64,000 nucleotides of DNA from Desulfarculaceae bacterium (GTDB taxonomy: Bacteria; Desulfobacterota; Desulfocorpusculales; Desulfocorpusculum). Shown here piece by piece: positions 40,059 through 50,555 of this stretch. Numbering within the stretch: position 1 is the stretch's first letter; each line of letters starts with the position of its first letter. The stretch spans positions 11,816 to 75,815 of the forward strand of contig JBBIOJ010000003.1 in assembly GCA_037443445.1 (NCBI GenBank), read 5' to 3'. A model generated the notes under the pieces. It did not search any database and had not been told where the DNA came from. It saw only the letters and a program-made list of their open reading frames with translations. The translations under genes and the position numbers were made by a program.

Positions 40059-40235
40059 TCATTCTGGCTTTAGGACCTCTCTACCCTTGTAAAAACCGCA
40101 CTTTGGGCAAGCACGGTGAGGGGCCTTGGGTTCGTTGCACTGTGGACAGGTGGACACGGCGGGTGAAACAAGATGATCGTGGGATCTCCTCTTGTCCCGG
40201 CGGGTTCTGGATTGTCTTCTCTTGGGTACGGCCAT
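40059..40235 (-). CDS. rpmF: 50S ribosomal protein L32 (below the ORF-track size cutoff)
   Basis: Manual translation of the minus strand gives MAVPKRRQSRTRRDKRRSHDHLVSPAVSTCPQCNEPKAPHRACPKCGFYKGREVLKPE (58 aa): MAVPKRR N-terminus and C4 zinc ribbon typical of L32, in the conserved yceD-rpmF-fabH position. Confidence 0.85.
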   Translation of the reverse strand: MAVPKRRQSRTRRDKRRSHDHLVSPAVSTCPQCNEPKAPHRACPKCGFYKGREVLKPE

Positions 40236-40272
40236 CAGTCTTCCTTCCTCACATTTCGGTGCACACGAGGGC

Positions 40273-40818
40273 TCAAGTTCTGAGCTTCAGCAAAGGTTCC
40301 CATCGGGGATCACCTCTGGACTCCCCGCACTGGCAGGCCTCTACATTGCGGTCTGCCCCGCATTCAGGGCAAAGACCCCGACATTCCTCGCAGCACAACG
40401 GTTTCATTGGAAAAGAAAGGACTATTTGCTCATGAATCAGTCCCGAAAGGTCTATCTCTTCCCCTTCGAAATACCCTGTATCCAAGTCCTCCAGGCTCAA
40501 CTCCAATTCCTCTTTGGCGGGCGCTTCAGGGGAAATCCGGCAAAGCGTGAATCTGCCTTTGGCGAGAACCCGAAACAGAAATGGTTTCAAGCAGCGGGAG
40601 CAGCTCAGAACAGCCACAGTGCTCACGCCCAAATCCACCCGAACGTCCCTCCCGAAGGGGCTCAGAACAAAATCCACCTCCACGGGTTCTGCCAGGACTA
40701 TGGGTCTGACCGGATCGTCAGCACCAGGAGGCAATGAAAACCACGAGGCAGCCAAGGATCTGTGTCCTGAAATCCCCTCGGCTCTGATTTTCTTGACGGA
40801 GAATACCAGGCCTTCCAT
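40273..40818 (-). CDS. yceD: YceD/DUF177-family protein (23S rRNA accumulation protein)
   Basis: Conserved position upstream of rpmF and a C-terminal Cys cluster (CCEECRGLCPECGADRN). 181 aa. Confidence 0.7.
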   Translation of the reverse strand: MEGLVFSVKKIRAEGISGHRSLAASWFSLPPGADDPVRPIVLAEPVEVDFVLSPFGRDVRVDLGVSTVAVLSCSRCLKPFLFRVLAKGRFTLCRISPEAPAKEELELSLEDLDTGYFEGEEIDLSGLIHEQIVLSFPMKPLCCEECRGLCPECGADRNVEACQCGESRGDPRWEPLLKLRT

Positions 40819-40921
40819 GATGGTGTGGCCGAAGCCCAGCCTTCCTTATTTGCAAAACACTAAAGATTCAACTATAAAGAAATTCTGAGCCATGTCAAGT
40901 TGAAATGGGAGAATTCTCCCC

Positions 40922-43273
40922 ATGCCAGGCCCTGTCCCTTGTTGCCCAAAGCCCCCCCCCGGTGCTTCCCTGGGGCCTCTCCTCCAGTTAAGACAACCAG
41001 CCTTGCTTCTCCTGGACCCCACCTTCAAGGTGATGGCTGCCAACGCGGGAGCTTCGCTGCTAAGCGGCTTCCAGCCAGCTGAGCTCATGGGCCTGGATTT
41101 CCTGTGCTTGTTCGAACCCTCTGAAAGGGAAAAAATACAAGAATGCATTGGCTCCGCTCCCCATGAAAAACAACTAGAGGTGCAGCTCCTGGCAGCCCAC
41201 GGCAGGTGTATTCCTGTGGGGATTTCCTGTGCAGCCGATGCAGGACAGGTCTGGGTGGCCCTTTGGGATCTTCAGCCCATGTTGGATTTGAGGAAGCTAG
41301 CCGATGAAGCCCGAGACAGAGCAGAGCGGATTTCCAACATGGGGGATATTGGGATCATAGTTTACGACCAGGATTTCCACATAGAGTTCGCCAACCAAAT
41401 GGCAGGGGAGATTCTGGGATGTCCGGCCCGGGAGCTGCTGGGAAAGGAAATAACGAGCTTCTTGGGCAAAGTGCAAAGCCTTCAACTGAGAAACTACCAC
41501 TCGGCTTTCCTCATGGAGCAGCAAACAAAGCTCAGGGCAGAGCTGCCTGTGGAGAGGCCTGACGGCACGCGCAAGCTGGTGGAAATATGCCTGTCCATGA
41601 CCAAAAACGAGCGCCGTGCCTCGCGCACCTATGCGTACATGAGGGACCTCACAGAGCGTGTAGAGATGGAAAACGAGCTCCGAAAGGCGAATCAGTTCTT
41701 GCAGAACGTGATCAGGAGCTCGGTGGATGGCATAATCGCTGCCGATATGAAAGGAAACATAATCATTTTCAACGAGGGGGCAGAGAGACTCCTGGGTTAC
41801 AGGGCAGAAGAGGTCATAGGAAAGATCCACATCACTCAGCTCTACCCGCCGGGTGTGGCCAAGAAGATCATGCGGCGGCTTCGTAGCGAGACTTACGGGC
41901 CCAAGGGGAAGCTGCCCACCACCCCCACCACCATCGTGGCCAAATCAGGGGAGCACATACCCGTGAGGATCTCCGCAGCCATCGTATACGAAGGCGAACG
42001 GGAGATAGCTTCAGTGGGCATCTTCAGGGACTTGAGGGAGCGCATCAAGATGCAGCAGCAGCTGGAGGAGACATACCGGCAGTTGCTGCACTCAGAGAAG
42101 CTGGCTTCCCTGGGAAAGCTGGCGGCTGGGGTGGCCCACGAGCTGAACAATCCCCTGGGAGGCATTCTCATGTACGCCAACATCCTGCTGGAACAGTCCG
42201 GCCAAGGACCCATGACCCATGACCTCAGGGAGATAGTGGAACAGGCCCTGAGATGCAAGGAGATAGTGCGGGGATTGCTGGATTTTGCCCGAAGGCGAGG
42301 GGAGGAGCTGGCCAGGGTTCAGCTCAACGAGGTGTTGGAGAAGTGCGTGGGGTTGATGAGCAAACAGGGCACCTTCCTGAACATCCAATGGGAAAAGCAG
42401 CTCCAATCAGATCTCCCCCAGGTGGCGGGGGAGCCGGACCAGTTGAGTCAGGTTTTCACCAATCTCATAGTGAATGCTGCGGATGCCATGGAAGGGAAAG
42501 GAACCCTGGGGATCAGAACCTGGGCCGAGGGGGAGCCCCCGCAGGTCCACGTGGAAATATCAGATACTGGGAGCGGCATTCCAGAGGAACACCTGCAGAG
42601 GGTCTTCGACCCTTTTTTCACCACAAAGGAGGTGGGCAAGGGCACGGGCTTGGGGTTGAGCATCGCATACGGGATTGTGCGGAGAATGGGCGGGGACATC
42701 CAGGTCAAGAGCAAGCTGGGCCAAGGCACAACTTTTCACCTGCGCTTTCCTCTGGAGCCTCCGGCTCAGCTTCCAGGGGAGGCCCAGGAGGGCTTGGCAG
42801 GTATTCGGGACAAGGAAGGAAGAGCGGTACAGGTGGTTCTGGCAGGGGAAAAGGGGCTCATGAGGCTCTTGTCTTTTTACGACTCCTTCGAACCCAAGGG
42901 GGCCTTCGAGGGACTCCCTCCCCCTCTCAAGAGGGAGAGGCGCAAATGGGTCATCGGGCTGATGGGCGGGTGGCGCAACTTCCTCCTACTGGACGGCGAG
43001 AGGGTGATAGGCCACGTGGGGGTGACCCTGGGGGAGTCGGATCTGGAGGAGGTAATCATCTTTCTGCACCAAAATTACAGGGGAAAAGGAATCGGTACCC
43101 TGGCTCTCAAGCACATAGGAGAACTCATGGCCCGGGAGGGCTGTACCAGGCTCTGGCTCACAGTGGAGTCCACCAACACGTCTGCCATCCGCTGTTTCCA
43201 AAAAGCGGGATTTCATTTCACATCCAGGGAGCTTGAGCCCCAAATGGAGATGGTGATGGATCTGGAAGGCTGA
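40922..43273 (+). CDS. PAS-domain sensor histidine kinase with C-terminal GNAT N-acetyltransferase domain (HK-GNAT fusion)
   Basis: Multiple PAS regions, HisKA (HELNNPLGGI), HATPase_c (GTGLGLSIAYGIVRRMGG), then ~150 aa with GNAT motif A/B (NYRGKGIGTLALKHIGELMAREGCTRLWLTVESTNTSAIRCFQKAGF). No receiver domain or adjacent response regulator. Start uncertain. Confidence 0.75.
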   Translation: MPGPVPCCPKPPPGASLGPLLQLRQPALLLLDPTFKVMAANAGASLLSGFQPAELMGLDFLCLFEPSEREKIQECIGSAPHEKQLEVQLLAAHGRCIPVGISCAADAGQVWVALWDLQPMLDLRKLADEARDRAERISNMGDIGIIVYDQDFHIEFANQMAGEILGCPARELLGKEITSFLGKVQSLQLRNYHSAFLMEQQTKLRAELPVERPDGTRKLVEICLSMTKNERRASRTYAYMRDLTERVEMENELRKANQFLQNVIRSSVDGIIAADMKGNIIIFNEGAERLLGYRAEEVIGKIHITQLYPPGVAKKIMRRLRSETYGPKGKLPTTPTTIVAKSGEHIPVRISAAIVYEGEREIASVGIFRDLRERIKMQQQLEETYRQLLHSEKLASLGKLAAGVAHELNNPLGGILMYANILLEQSGQGPMTHDLREIVEQALRCKEIVRGLLDFARRRGEELARVQLNEVLEKCVGLMSKQGTFLNIQWEKQLQSDLPQVAGEPDQLSQVFTNLIVNAADAMEGKGTLGIRTWAEGEPPQVHVEISDTGSGIPEEHLQRVFDPFFTTKEVGKGTGLGLSIAYGIVRRMGGDIQVKSKLGQGTTFHLRFPLEPPAQLPGEAQEGLAGIRDKEGRAVQVVLAGEKGLMRLLSFYDSFEPKGAFEGLPPPLKRERRKWVIGLMGGWRNFLLLDGERVIGHVGVTLGESDLEEVIIFLHQNYRGKGIGTLALKHIGELMAREGCTRLWLTVESTNTSAIRCFQKAGFHFTSRELEPQMEMVMDLEG

Positions 43274-43443
43274 GATGGTCTGGTTGCGGAGCGCCAATAG
43301 AGAGACGCCTTGCAAGAAAGATCAGCTCTGAGTCACAGCAGAGTTCTGGGGGTGGGAATATTGATCAGCTCAAGAGCCAGTAGATCCGGGGGTGGGCAGA
43401 AGTTCACCCTCGCAATGCAATCAGGCCTATCTCGACTTAGGCT

Positions 43444-44571
43444 GTGCAACAGCAAGCGGTTCGTGTTGTGAAAACCTATAGCATAGTCGTCCTGCCTGGG
43501 GATGGAATAGGACCTGAAATCGTAGAGGCTGCCTTGGAGGTCCTGGACACTCTTCAAGAAGTTCTAGGGGAATTTAGGCTTTCCTATCAGATTCATAGAG
43601 CCGGGGCCAGCCTTTATCAGGAGACGGGGGTGCCCATCGGAAAAGAGGCCATTGAGGCCTTTCGGGACTGCCGCGTTGCTCTCAAAGGCCCGGTCGGGCT
43701 CCCCACGGTTCGTAAGCCTGATGGTACCGAGGCGGGGCTTCTGGGGGGAATCCTGAGATGCGGATTCGATCTCTACGCCAATGTGAGACCCATCTGCCTT
43801 CTTCCCAAGGTGCCCGGCCCATTGGCCGGTATCACCCCCGAAGGGCTGGATTACGTGATCGTAAGGGAGAACACAGAAGGTCTGTACCTCTCCCGGGGGC
43901 TGGGATTGGTGACACCGCAGGCAGCAACGGACACCATGCTTATGACCGCCGTGGGGTGTGAAAGAATAGCCCGATTCGCCTTCCGTACGGCCTTGATGAA
44001 GAGGCGGGGGGCTCCAGAGGACGGCAAGAAAAGAGTCACACTCGTTGACAAGAGCAATGTTCTTAGATCTTTCGCCTTTTTCAGGAAGATCTACTTGAAA
44101 ATAGCCGAGGAGTTCCCAGAGGTGGAAGCGGAGTGCATGTACGTGGATGCGGCCTGCGCAGCACTGGTTAGTCGCCCGGGCCATTTCCAGGTGATCGTGA
44201 CCGAGAATCTCTTCGGAGATATACTTAGCGACCTCGGGGGGGCAACGGTGGGAGGGCTTGGCTTTTGTCCCTCTGGGAATATAGGGGAGACCCACGCATA
44301 CTTCGAACCAATCCATGGCTCGGCCCCGGACATAGCGGGCCGCGGGCTCGCAAACCCAACGGCCCAGATTCTTTCGGCCGCCATGATGCTGGATTACTTG
44401 GGAGAGCAGCGTGCGGCCGAGATGTTGCGCAATGCAGTTAGGAGGGTCTGGGCCGAAGCTCCACTGAGGCTGGAGGCAGGAGGGTGGGTCATAGGAGGAG
44501 CGCAGAGCGTGACCAGGGCAATAAGAGAGATGCTCCTTGCGGCCGAAGAGGGCGCCCATGAGATCCGCTGA
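43444..44571 (+). CDS. Isocitrate/isopropylmalate dehydrogenase-family protein (tartrate/D-malate or NAD-isocitrate dehydrogenase-like)
   Basis: SIVVLPGDGIGPEIVEAALEVLD N-terminus and conserved family blocks. 375 aa. Substrate not assignable from sequence. Confidence 0.7.
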   Translation: MQQQAVRVVKTYSIVVLPGDGIGPEIVEAALEVLDTLQEVLGEFRLSYQIHRAGASLYQETGVPIGKEAIEAFRDCRVALKGPVGLPTVRKPDGTEAGLLGGILRCGFDLYANVRPICLLPKVPGPLAGITPEGLDYVIVRENTEGLYLSRGLGLVTPQAATDTMLMTAVGCERIARFAFRTALMKRRGAPEDGKKRVTLVDKSNVLRSFAFFRKIYLKIAEEFPEVEAECMYVDAACAALVSRPGHFQVIVTENLFGDILSDLGGATVGGLGFCPSGNIGETHAYFEPIHGSAPDIAGRGLANPTAQILSAAMMLDYLGEQRAAEMLRNAVRRVWAEAPLRLEAGGWVIGGAQSVTRAIREMLLAAEEGAHEIR

Positions 44572-45976
44572 AGACCAACTCGTAGACCTGGAAAAGGAGT
44601 ATGGGGTTGTGGTGGTAGGAGGGGGCAACGCGGCTCTCTGTGCGGCCATGACGGCCCGGGAAACAGGAACCAGCGTACTGCTTCTGGAGTGCTCCCCCAA
44701 GGAGTTCAGGGGGGGCAACAGCCGCCACACCCGTAACTTGAGATTTCTTCACGAAGGCCCCACCTCCTACCTCACAGATGCGTACCTCGAGGATGAGTTT
44801 TGGGAAGACCTTATGTTGGTAACAGAGGGACAGACAACAGAACACTTGGCAAGACTCACCATTCGGGAGTCCAGGAATCTGGGGGAATGGATGGAGGCCC
44901 ACGGCTGTGTGTTCCAGCCCCCTTTGCGGGGAACCCTTCATCTATCCAGAACCAACGCCCATTTCCTGGGAGGGGGAAAGGCTCTCGTGAACGCTTACTA
45001 TGCCAGGGCCCTGAAAATAGGGGTGCGGGTTCTCTACGGGGCGGAGGCCAGGAGCATAGAACTTCTCGAAGGGAAGTTCTCCTCCCTGGTCGTGCGGCAC
45101 AACGGCTCTGAGCACCGCATCAAAGCAAAGGCCGCGGTCATGGCCTCAGGGGGTTTCCAGGCAGATCTCGGCTGGTTGAGGCAGTACTGGGGGGATGCGG
45201 CCGAGAATTTCCTCATCCGAGGCACGCCTTTCAACAGAGGCCATATGCTCAGAGCGCTTCTAGCTCTCGGCGCCAAGCCTGTCGGGGATCCCCGCCAGTG
45301 CCATGCCGTGGCCATAGACGCAAGAGCCCCCAAATTCGACGGAGGCATTGTGACAAGGCTGGATTGCGTGCCATTTGGCATCGTGGTGAACCGGGATTGC
45401 CGCCGCTTTTACAACGAAGGGGAGAACTTCTGGCCCAAGCGTTACGCCATATGGGGGAGACTGGTGGCCCAGCAACCCGGACAGATAGCGTACTGTCTCA
45501 TTGATTCCAAATCATTGAACCTGTTCATGCCGTCTGTGTTTCCACCCCTTGAAGCCAATTCCATAGGGGAACTGGCCCGAAACCTGGGGCTGGACCCCCG
45601 AGCTCTGGAAAATACTGTCAGAACTTACAACGCAGCTGTCCGCCCGGGCAGGTTCGATCCCACTGCCTTGGATGATTGCCACACCGAGGGCTTGGAGCCT
45701 GAGAAGACTCACTGGGCTCGCCCCTTGGATTCACCTCCCTTTTACGGCTATCCTTTGAGGCCCGGGATCACCTTCACATATCTCGGAGTCACGGTAGACG
45801 ATCGGGCCCGGGTGATCCTCCAGGACAATCAGCCGCTGCCCGGCATCATGGCTGCAGGGGAGATAATGTCAGGGAACATCCTGGGGAAAGGATACCTGGC
45901 TGGGTTCGGGATGACAATCGGAACAGTTTTCGGTCGGATAGCGGGAAGGGAGGCTGCACTTTATGCCCGCGGATGA
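44558..45976 (+). CDS. tcuA: FAD-dependent tricarballylate dehydrogenase TcuA
   Basis: VVVVGGGNAALCAAMTARE FAD motif and full-length TcuA-like organisation. Overlaps the downstream tcuB. Confidence 0.75.
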   Translation: MRSAEDQLVDLEKEYGVVVVGGGNAALCAAMTARETGTSVLLLECSPKEFRGGNSRHTRNLRFLHEGPTSYLTDAYLEDEFWEDLMLVTEGQTTEHLARLTIRESRNLGEWMEAHGCVFQPPLRGTLHLSRTNAHFLGGGKALVNAYYARALKIGVRVLYGAEARSIELLEGKFSSLVVRHNGSEHRIKAKAAVMASGGFQADLGWLRQYWGDAAENFLIRGTPFNRGHMLRALLALGAKPVGDPRQCHAVAIDARAPKFDGGIVTRLDCVPFGIVVNRDCRRFYNEGENFWPKRYAIWGRLVAQQPGQIAYCLIDSKSLNLFMPSVFPPLEANSIGELARNLGLDPRALENTVRTYNAAVRPGRFDPTALDDCHTEGLEPEKTHWARPLDSPPFYGYPLRPGITFTYLGVTVDDRARVILQDNQPLPGIMAAGEIMSGNILGKGYLAGFGMTIGTVFGRIAGREAALYARG

Positions 45977-47066
45977 CCTGCTCAGGGAAGCTCAGCGAGT
46001 GATGACCATCTGCAATGCCTGCAGATACTGCGAGGGATTCTGCGCGGTATTCCCGGCCATGGAGCTCAGGAGGGTCTTTGCGCCCCGGGACCTGAAGTAC
46101 CTTGCCAACCTATGCCACAACTGCCGGGGCTGCTATTACGCATGCCAGTACGCTCCTCCGCACGAGTTCATGCTAAACGTTCCCAAGACCCTAGCTCAAC
46201 TGCGGCGGGAGACTTACAAGGAGTTCGTGAGGCCTTCGGCCCTGGGCCGGTTGTTCGAGAAAAACGGCAGAGTTTTGGCATTGCTCACAGCAGGGTGTCT
46301 GCTTCTGGCCCTGGGTCTCACCTTGGGGTTTCAGCCCAGGGAACTGGTTCTGGGCGTACATCAAAGGGAAAGGGCGTTTTACAAGGTGATACCCTACGAA
46401 TTTATGGTGTGGCCCTTCTTGGCTGTGGGTTGTGCAGTTTCGGTTTTCCTGATAAACGGGATCATCTCCTTTTGGAGAGGCATTGGGGGGCGACCGAGAG
46501 AGTTGTGGGATTGGGCCGCGAACCTGAGGGCTTTGGGAGATGCGCTAAAGCTGACCTATCTGGGTGGAGGGGGGCAGGGGTGTAATTATCCTGACGAGAG
46601 TTTCAGCAACGCTCGCAGGTGGCTCCACCAGACTGTGTTTTACGGGTTTTTCCTGACGGGGGTCTCAACGGCTTTGGCGGCCTTCTACGACCACTTCCTG
46701 GGGAGAATGGCTCCTTATCCCTTCTGGAGCTGGCCAGTGGTGCTTGGCGGCCTGGGAGGATTGGGAATCATGGCCGGGGGCCTTGGGCTGCTATATCTGA
46801 AAGCCAAGGTGGACCGGGCTCCAGCCGATGAGGGAGCCTTAAGCATGGACATCGGTTTCACGGTCTTGCTGCTCTTGACTGCCTTAAGCGGAATCCTGCT
46901 CTTGCTTTTCAGGGACACCCGGGCCATGGGGCTTCTGCTGGCAGTACACTTGGGCTTTGTAGGGGCTTTTTTCCTGAGTTTACCCTGCGGCAAGTTTGTG
47001 CATTCAGTATATCGTTACGCGGCCTTGGTGCGAAACGCCCAGGAGAGAATACGGGAAGGGAAATAG
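45963..47066 (+). CDS. tcuB: Tricarballylate utilization protein TcuB (membrane Fe-S electron-transfer protein)
   Basis: N-terminal Cys clusters (CNACRYCEGFCAVFP; CHNCRGCYYACQYAPPH) followed by TM helices, as in TcuB/CitB. Confidence 0.75.
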   Translation: MPADDLLREAQRVMTICNACRYCEGFCAVFPAMELRRVFAPRDLKYLANLCHNCRGCYYACQYAPPHEFMLNVPKTLAQLRRETYKEFVRPSALGRLFEKNGRVLALLTAGCLLLALGLTLGFQPRELVLGVHQRERAFYKVIPYEFMVWPFLAVGCAVSVFLINGIISFWRGIGGRPRELWDWAANLRALGDALKLTYLGGGGQGCNYPDESFSNARRWLHQTVFYGFFLTGVSTALAAFYDHFLGRMAPYPFWSWPVVLGGLGGLGIMAGGLGLLYLKAKVDRAPADEGALSMDIGFTVLLLLTALSGILLLLFRDTRAMGLLLAVHLGFVGAFFLSLPCGKFVHSVYRYAALVRNAQERIREGK

Positions 47067-47222
47067 CTGCTGGGATTTCAGCAGCAAGGCAAAGGGTACC
47101 GTACGGTACCAAGGCTTTTGAGATCCACTGAGGGTTGCTTTGAAACGGACAGCTTGGGTGGGTCTGATCCGACTCAAGGGAACAATAAACAGACCTGATC
47201 ACGCTTAGGATGGGATGGAAAC

Positions 47223-49157
47223 ATGGGACAGAACTTGGTCGAGAAAATACTGGGTTCGCATCTGGTTGCAGGCAAATACATTCCGGGTGAGGAGATCCGA
47301 ATAAGGATTGACCAGGCCTTGGTGCACGACGCCACAGGAACCATGGCATTTCTGGAGTTCGAGGCAATGGGTCTAAAGGGGGTCAAAACGGATCTCTCGG
47401 TGGTCTATGTGGACCACAATACCCAGCAAATCGGCTTCGAGAACAACGACGATCACCTTTATCTCCAAAGCGTGGCAGCCCGCTTCGGTGCGGTTTACTC
47501 CAGGGCCGGCAACGGTATCTGTCACCAGGTTCATCTGGAACGCTTTGGGAAGCCGGGCACCACGCTTTTGGGCGCGGACAGCCACACCCCCACAGGCGGC
47601 GGCATAGGGCAGTTGGCAATGGGGGCCGGGGGATTGGACGTAGCCGTGGCCATGGGCACAGGCCAATACACCTTGATGTGTCCCAGGGTTTATCTGGTCA
47701 AGCTTCATGGCAGGCTTCCAGAGTGGGTAACGGCCAAGGATCTGGTCTTGAAGATGCTTTCCATATTGAGCACCAAGGGGAATGTGGGAGTGGTCCTGGA
47801 ATACGGCGGGGAAGGCGTGAGGAGCTTGAGCGTGCCTGAGAGGGCCACCATCGCCAACATGGGCGCCGAGATGGGGGTGACAACCTCTCTTTTCCCCTCT
47901 GACCAGCAGACGCGCCGCTTCCTAAGAGCCCAGGGCCGCGAGCAGGATTGGGTTGAGCTCAAGGCCGACCCTGAGGCCTCTTACGACCGGATAATAGAGC
48001 TTAATCTGGAGGAGATCGAGCCTTTGGTGGCCGTGCCGCATAGCCCGGGAAACGTCAAGAGACTCTCGCAGCTGGAGGAAATCATTGTGGATCAGGTCTG
48101 CATAGGTTCCTGCACCAATTCTTCTTACAGGGACTTGATGGCGGCCTCGGCAATCCTGAAGGGGAAAAGGATCCACCCTCGAGTCAGCCTGGGCGTGGCC
48201 CCGGGCTCGCGGCAGGTGATGCTTGCCCTGGCCCAGGAGGGAGCGCTCACGGAGCTGCTCAAGGCAGGCGCGAGGATAAAGGAATGCGCCTGCACTTTCT
48301 GCATCGGCAACGAGTTTTCCCCCAGGAGTGGGGGCGTCTCGGTCAGGACCTCTAACAGGAATTTTGAAGGCCGGTCGGGCACCAAGGATGCGCGGGTGTT
48401 TCTCACCAGCGTTGAAGCGGCAGCCGTGGCCGCCCTGACCGGGCGGTTGGTGGATCCGCGAAGCCTGGGGATGGCTTACCCCAAAGTGAGGGAGCCCGAG
48501 GCCTATGTGGTGGACGAAAACATGTTCATATTCCCTGAGCCAGAGATGAGAGACACCCCTATCTTTAGAGGCCCCAACATAGGCAACCCCCCGCAAAACG
48601 AGGAAATGCCAGAATCGTTAAAGGGAGAGGTGATGGTGAAGTTGGGCGACAAGGTGACAACCGACCACATCACACCTGCAGGCCCGAGGCTCAAGTATAG
48701 ATCCAACATAGCCAAGTACTCGCAGTTCGTGTTCGAGAACCTGGATCCCACGTTTCCAACCAGATGCCTGGAGAACAAGGCAAGAGGAATCCACAACCTA
48801 ATAGTGGCCGGGGAGTCCTACGGTCAGGGATCCAGTAGGGAACACGCGGCAATATGTCCCATGTTTCTGGGCGTGAAGGCCGTAATAGCGAAATCCTTCG
48901 AGAGAATACACTTGGCAAACCTGGTCAATTTCGGCATCCTGCCTCTTCTTTTCAAAGAAGTCTCCCGATACGAGAGTATTGAGCAGGGGGACAGGCTTTC
49001 CTCTGAGAACTGGAAAGAGGCCCTCAAGAAAGGCCAGTCAATCCATATCCTGAACCACAGGACAGGAGAGTCTTTCGAGTGCGTTTACAATCTTTCCCAG
49101 ACGCAGCGGGAGCTGGTCTTGGCAGGGGGACTGCTGAACAGGATTGGATCCAGATAA
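47223..49157 (+). CDS. acn: Aconitate hydratase (short ~640-aa aconitase-family form)
   Basis: Aconitase catalytic-domain motifs (VHDATGTMAFLEF, GICHQVHLERF, DSHTPTGGGIGQLAMGAGG, CIGSCTNSSY, SNRNFEGR) plus the swivel domain. Confidence 0.85.
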   Translation: MGQNLVEKILGSHLVAGKYIPGEEIRIRIDQALVHDATGTMAFLEFEAMGLKGVKTDLSVVYVDHNTQQIGFENNDDHLYLQSVAARFGAVYSRAGNGICHQVHLERFGKPGTTLLGADSHTPTGGGIGQLAMGAGGLDVAVAMGTGQYTLMCPRVYLVKLHGRLPEWVTAKDLVLKMLSILSTKGNVGVVLEYGGEGVRSLSVPERATIANMGAEMGVTTSLFPSDQQTRRFLRAQGREQDWVELKADPEASYDRIIELNLEEIEPLVAVPHSPGNVKRLSQLEEIIVDQVCIGSCTNSSYRDLMAASAILKGKRIHPRVSLGVAPGSRQVMLALAQEGALTELLKAGARIKECACTFCIGNEFSPRSGGVSVRTSNRNFEGRSGTKDARVFLTSVEAAAVAALTGRLVDPRSLGMAYPKVREPEAYVVDENMFIFPEPEMRDTPIFRGPNIGNPPQNEEMPESLKGEVMVKLGDKVTTDHITPAGPRLKYRSNIAKYSQFVFENLDPTFPTRCLENKARGIHNLIVAGESYGQGSSREHAAICPMFLGVKAVIAKSFERIHLANLVNFGILPLLFKEVSRYESIEQGDRLSSENWKEALKKGQSIHILNHRTGESFECVYNLSQTQRELVLAGGLLNRIGSR

Positions 49158-49187
49158 GAAAAGGGGAGAACCCCCATTGGAGAAACC

Positions 49188-50402
49188 TTGGACATGGAAA
49201 AAATAAACGTGAAGAGCCCCATAGTTGAGATTGACGGCGACGAGATGACCCGCATCATCTGGGGGATGATCAAGGAGAAACTGATATTCCCTTTTCTGGA
49301 TGTAAAGCTGGAATACTACGATCTGGGAATAAGAAACAGAGACCAGACCGAGGACAGAGTCACCAGAGAAGCCGCAGAGGCCATAATACGCCACGGGGTG
49401 GGCGTTAAGTGCGCCACCATAACTCCGGACCAAGAAAGAGTAGCCGAGTATGGTCTCAAGAAGGCTTGGCCCTCTCCCAATGCCACCATCCGTTCGGTGC
49501 TGGACGGCACAGTCTTTAGAAAGCCCATCCTGGTGAAGAACATCCGCCCTGCGGTCAGGAGCTGGAACAAGCCCATCGTCATAGGGCGCCATGCTTACGG
49601 AGACATTTATAAGGCGGTGGAGTTGGTGGTGGAAGGCCCTGGGAAAGTGGAGCTGGTTTACACGGGAGAGGACGGCGAGGAGACTCGTCTCCTGGTGCAC
49701 AGGTTCCAGGGCCCGGGGGTGGTAATGGGTCTTCACAATCTGGAGAAATCCATAAGATCCTTTGCCAAGGCTTGCATAAATTATGCACTCGGGGAGAGGA
49801 TGGAGATCTGGTTCTCCATGAAGGACACCATAAGCAAGAAGTACCATGCTTACTTCAGGGAAATCTTTTCCCAGGAGGTGGGGGCAAGGGAAGAGGAGTT
49901 TGCCAGGGCCGGCACAACTTACCGGTACCTGCTCATAGACGATGCGGCAGCCCAGATCATGAAAAGGGAGGGAGGGATCCTCTGGGCTTTGAGCAATTAC
50001 GATGGGGATGTGTTCTCGGATGTGGTTGCGGCCGGATTCGGAAGCCTCGGCATGATGACCTCGGTGCTGGTCTCCCCGGACGGGAAGTATGAGTTCGAGG
50101 CCGCTCACGGAACCGTGCGTCGTCATTATTACGAACACCTCAAGGGGAATCCCACAAGCACCAATTCGGTAGCCTCCATCTTTGCCTGGAGCGGGGGCAT
50201 CAAGAAAAGGGGGGAATTGGACGGCACACCTGAGGTGATAGGCTTCGCCGAGCGACTGGAGAGAGCCGTGATCGAGTGCATAGAGGAAGGAATTGTGACC
50301 AAGGACCTGGTCCCGCTGATGGAGCCCCGCCCTATTGGTTTCCAGACGACCGAAGGGTTCTTGGAGGCCGTGGCAGGAAGATTGGGGAAGTCTCGGGAGT
50401 GA
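49188..50402 (+). CDS. icd: NADP-dependent isocitrate dehydrogenase (eukaryote-like ~400-aa type)
   Basis: Full-length similarity to type-I NADP-IDH ([25 protein letters not shown]..., NYDGDVFSD). 404 aa. Confidence 0.85.
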   Translation: MDMEKINVKSPIVEIDGDEMTRIIWGMIKEKLIFPFLDVKLEYYDLGIRNRDQTEDRVTREAAEAIIRHGVGVKCATITPDQERVAEYGLKKAWPSPNATIRSVLDGTVFRKPILVKNIRPAVRSWNKPIVIGRHAYGDIYKAVELVVEGPGKVELVYTGEDGEETRLLVHRFQGPGVVMGLHNLEKSIRSFAKACINYALGERMEIWFSMKDTISKKYHAYFREIFSQEVGAREEEFARAGTTYRYLLIDDAAAQIMKREGGILWALSNYDGDVFSDVVAAGFGSLGMMTSVLVSPDGKYEFEAAHGTVRRHYYEHLKGNPTSTNSVASIFAWSGGIKKRGELDGTPEVIGFAERLERAVIECIEEGIVTKDLVPLMEPRPIGFQTTEGFLEAVAGRLGKSRE

Positions 50403-50555
50403 AAGGGGTGGGTCAGCTCAACCTGCGGGGCCACAGAGGGTTGACATGGGCACTGGGTTTTTCCCATACTCCCCGGCGGGGAATCCCGGGGCTGCAAGGG
50501 CAAAAAGGAAAGTCTTTGAGGGCGGCCGGAGCCTGGTTAGGCCTGGCCACACCGA

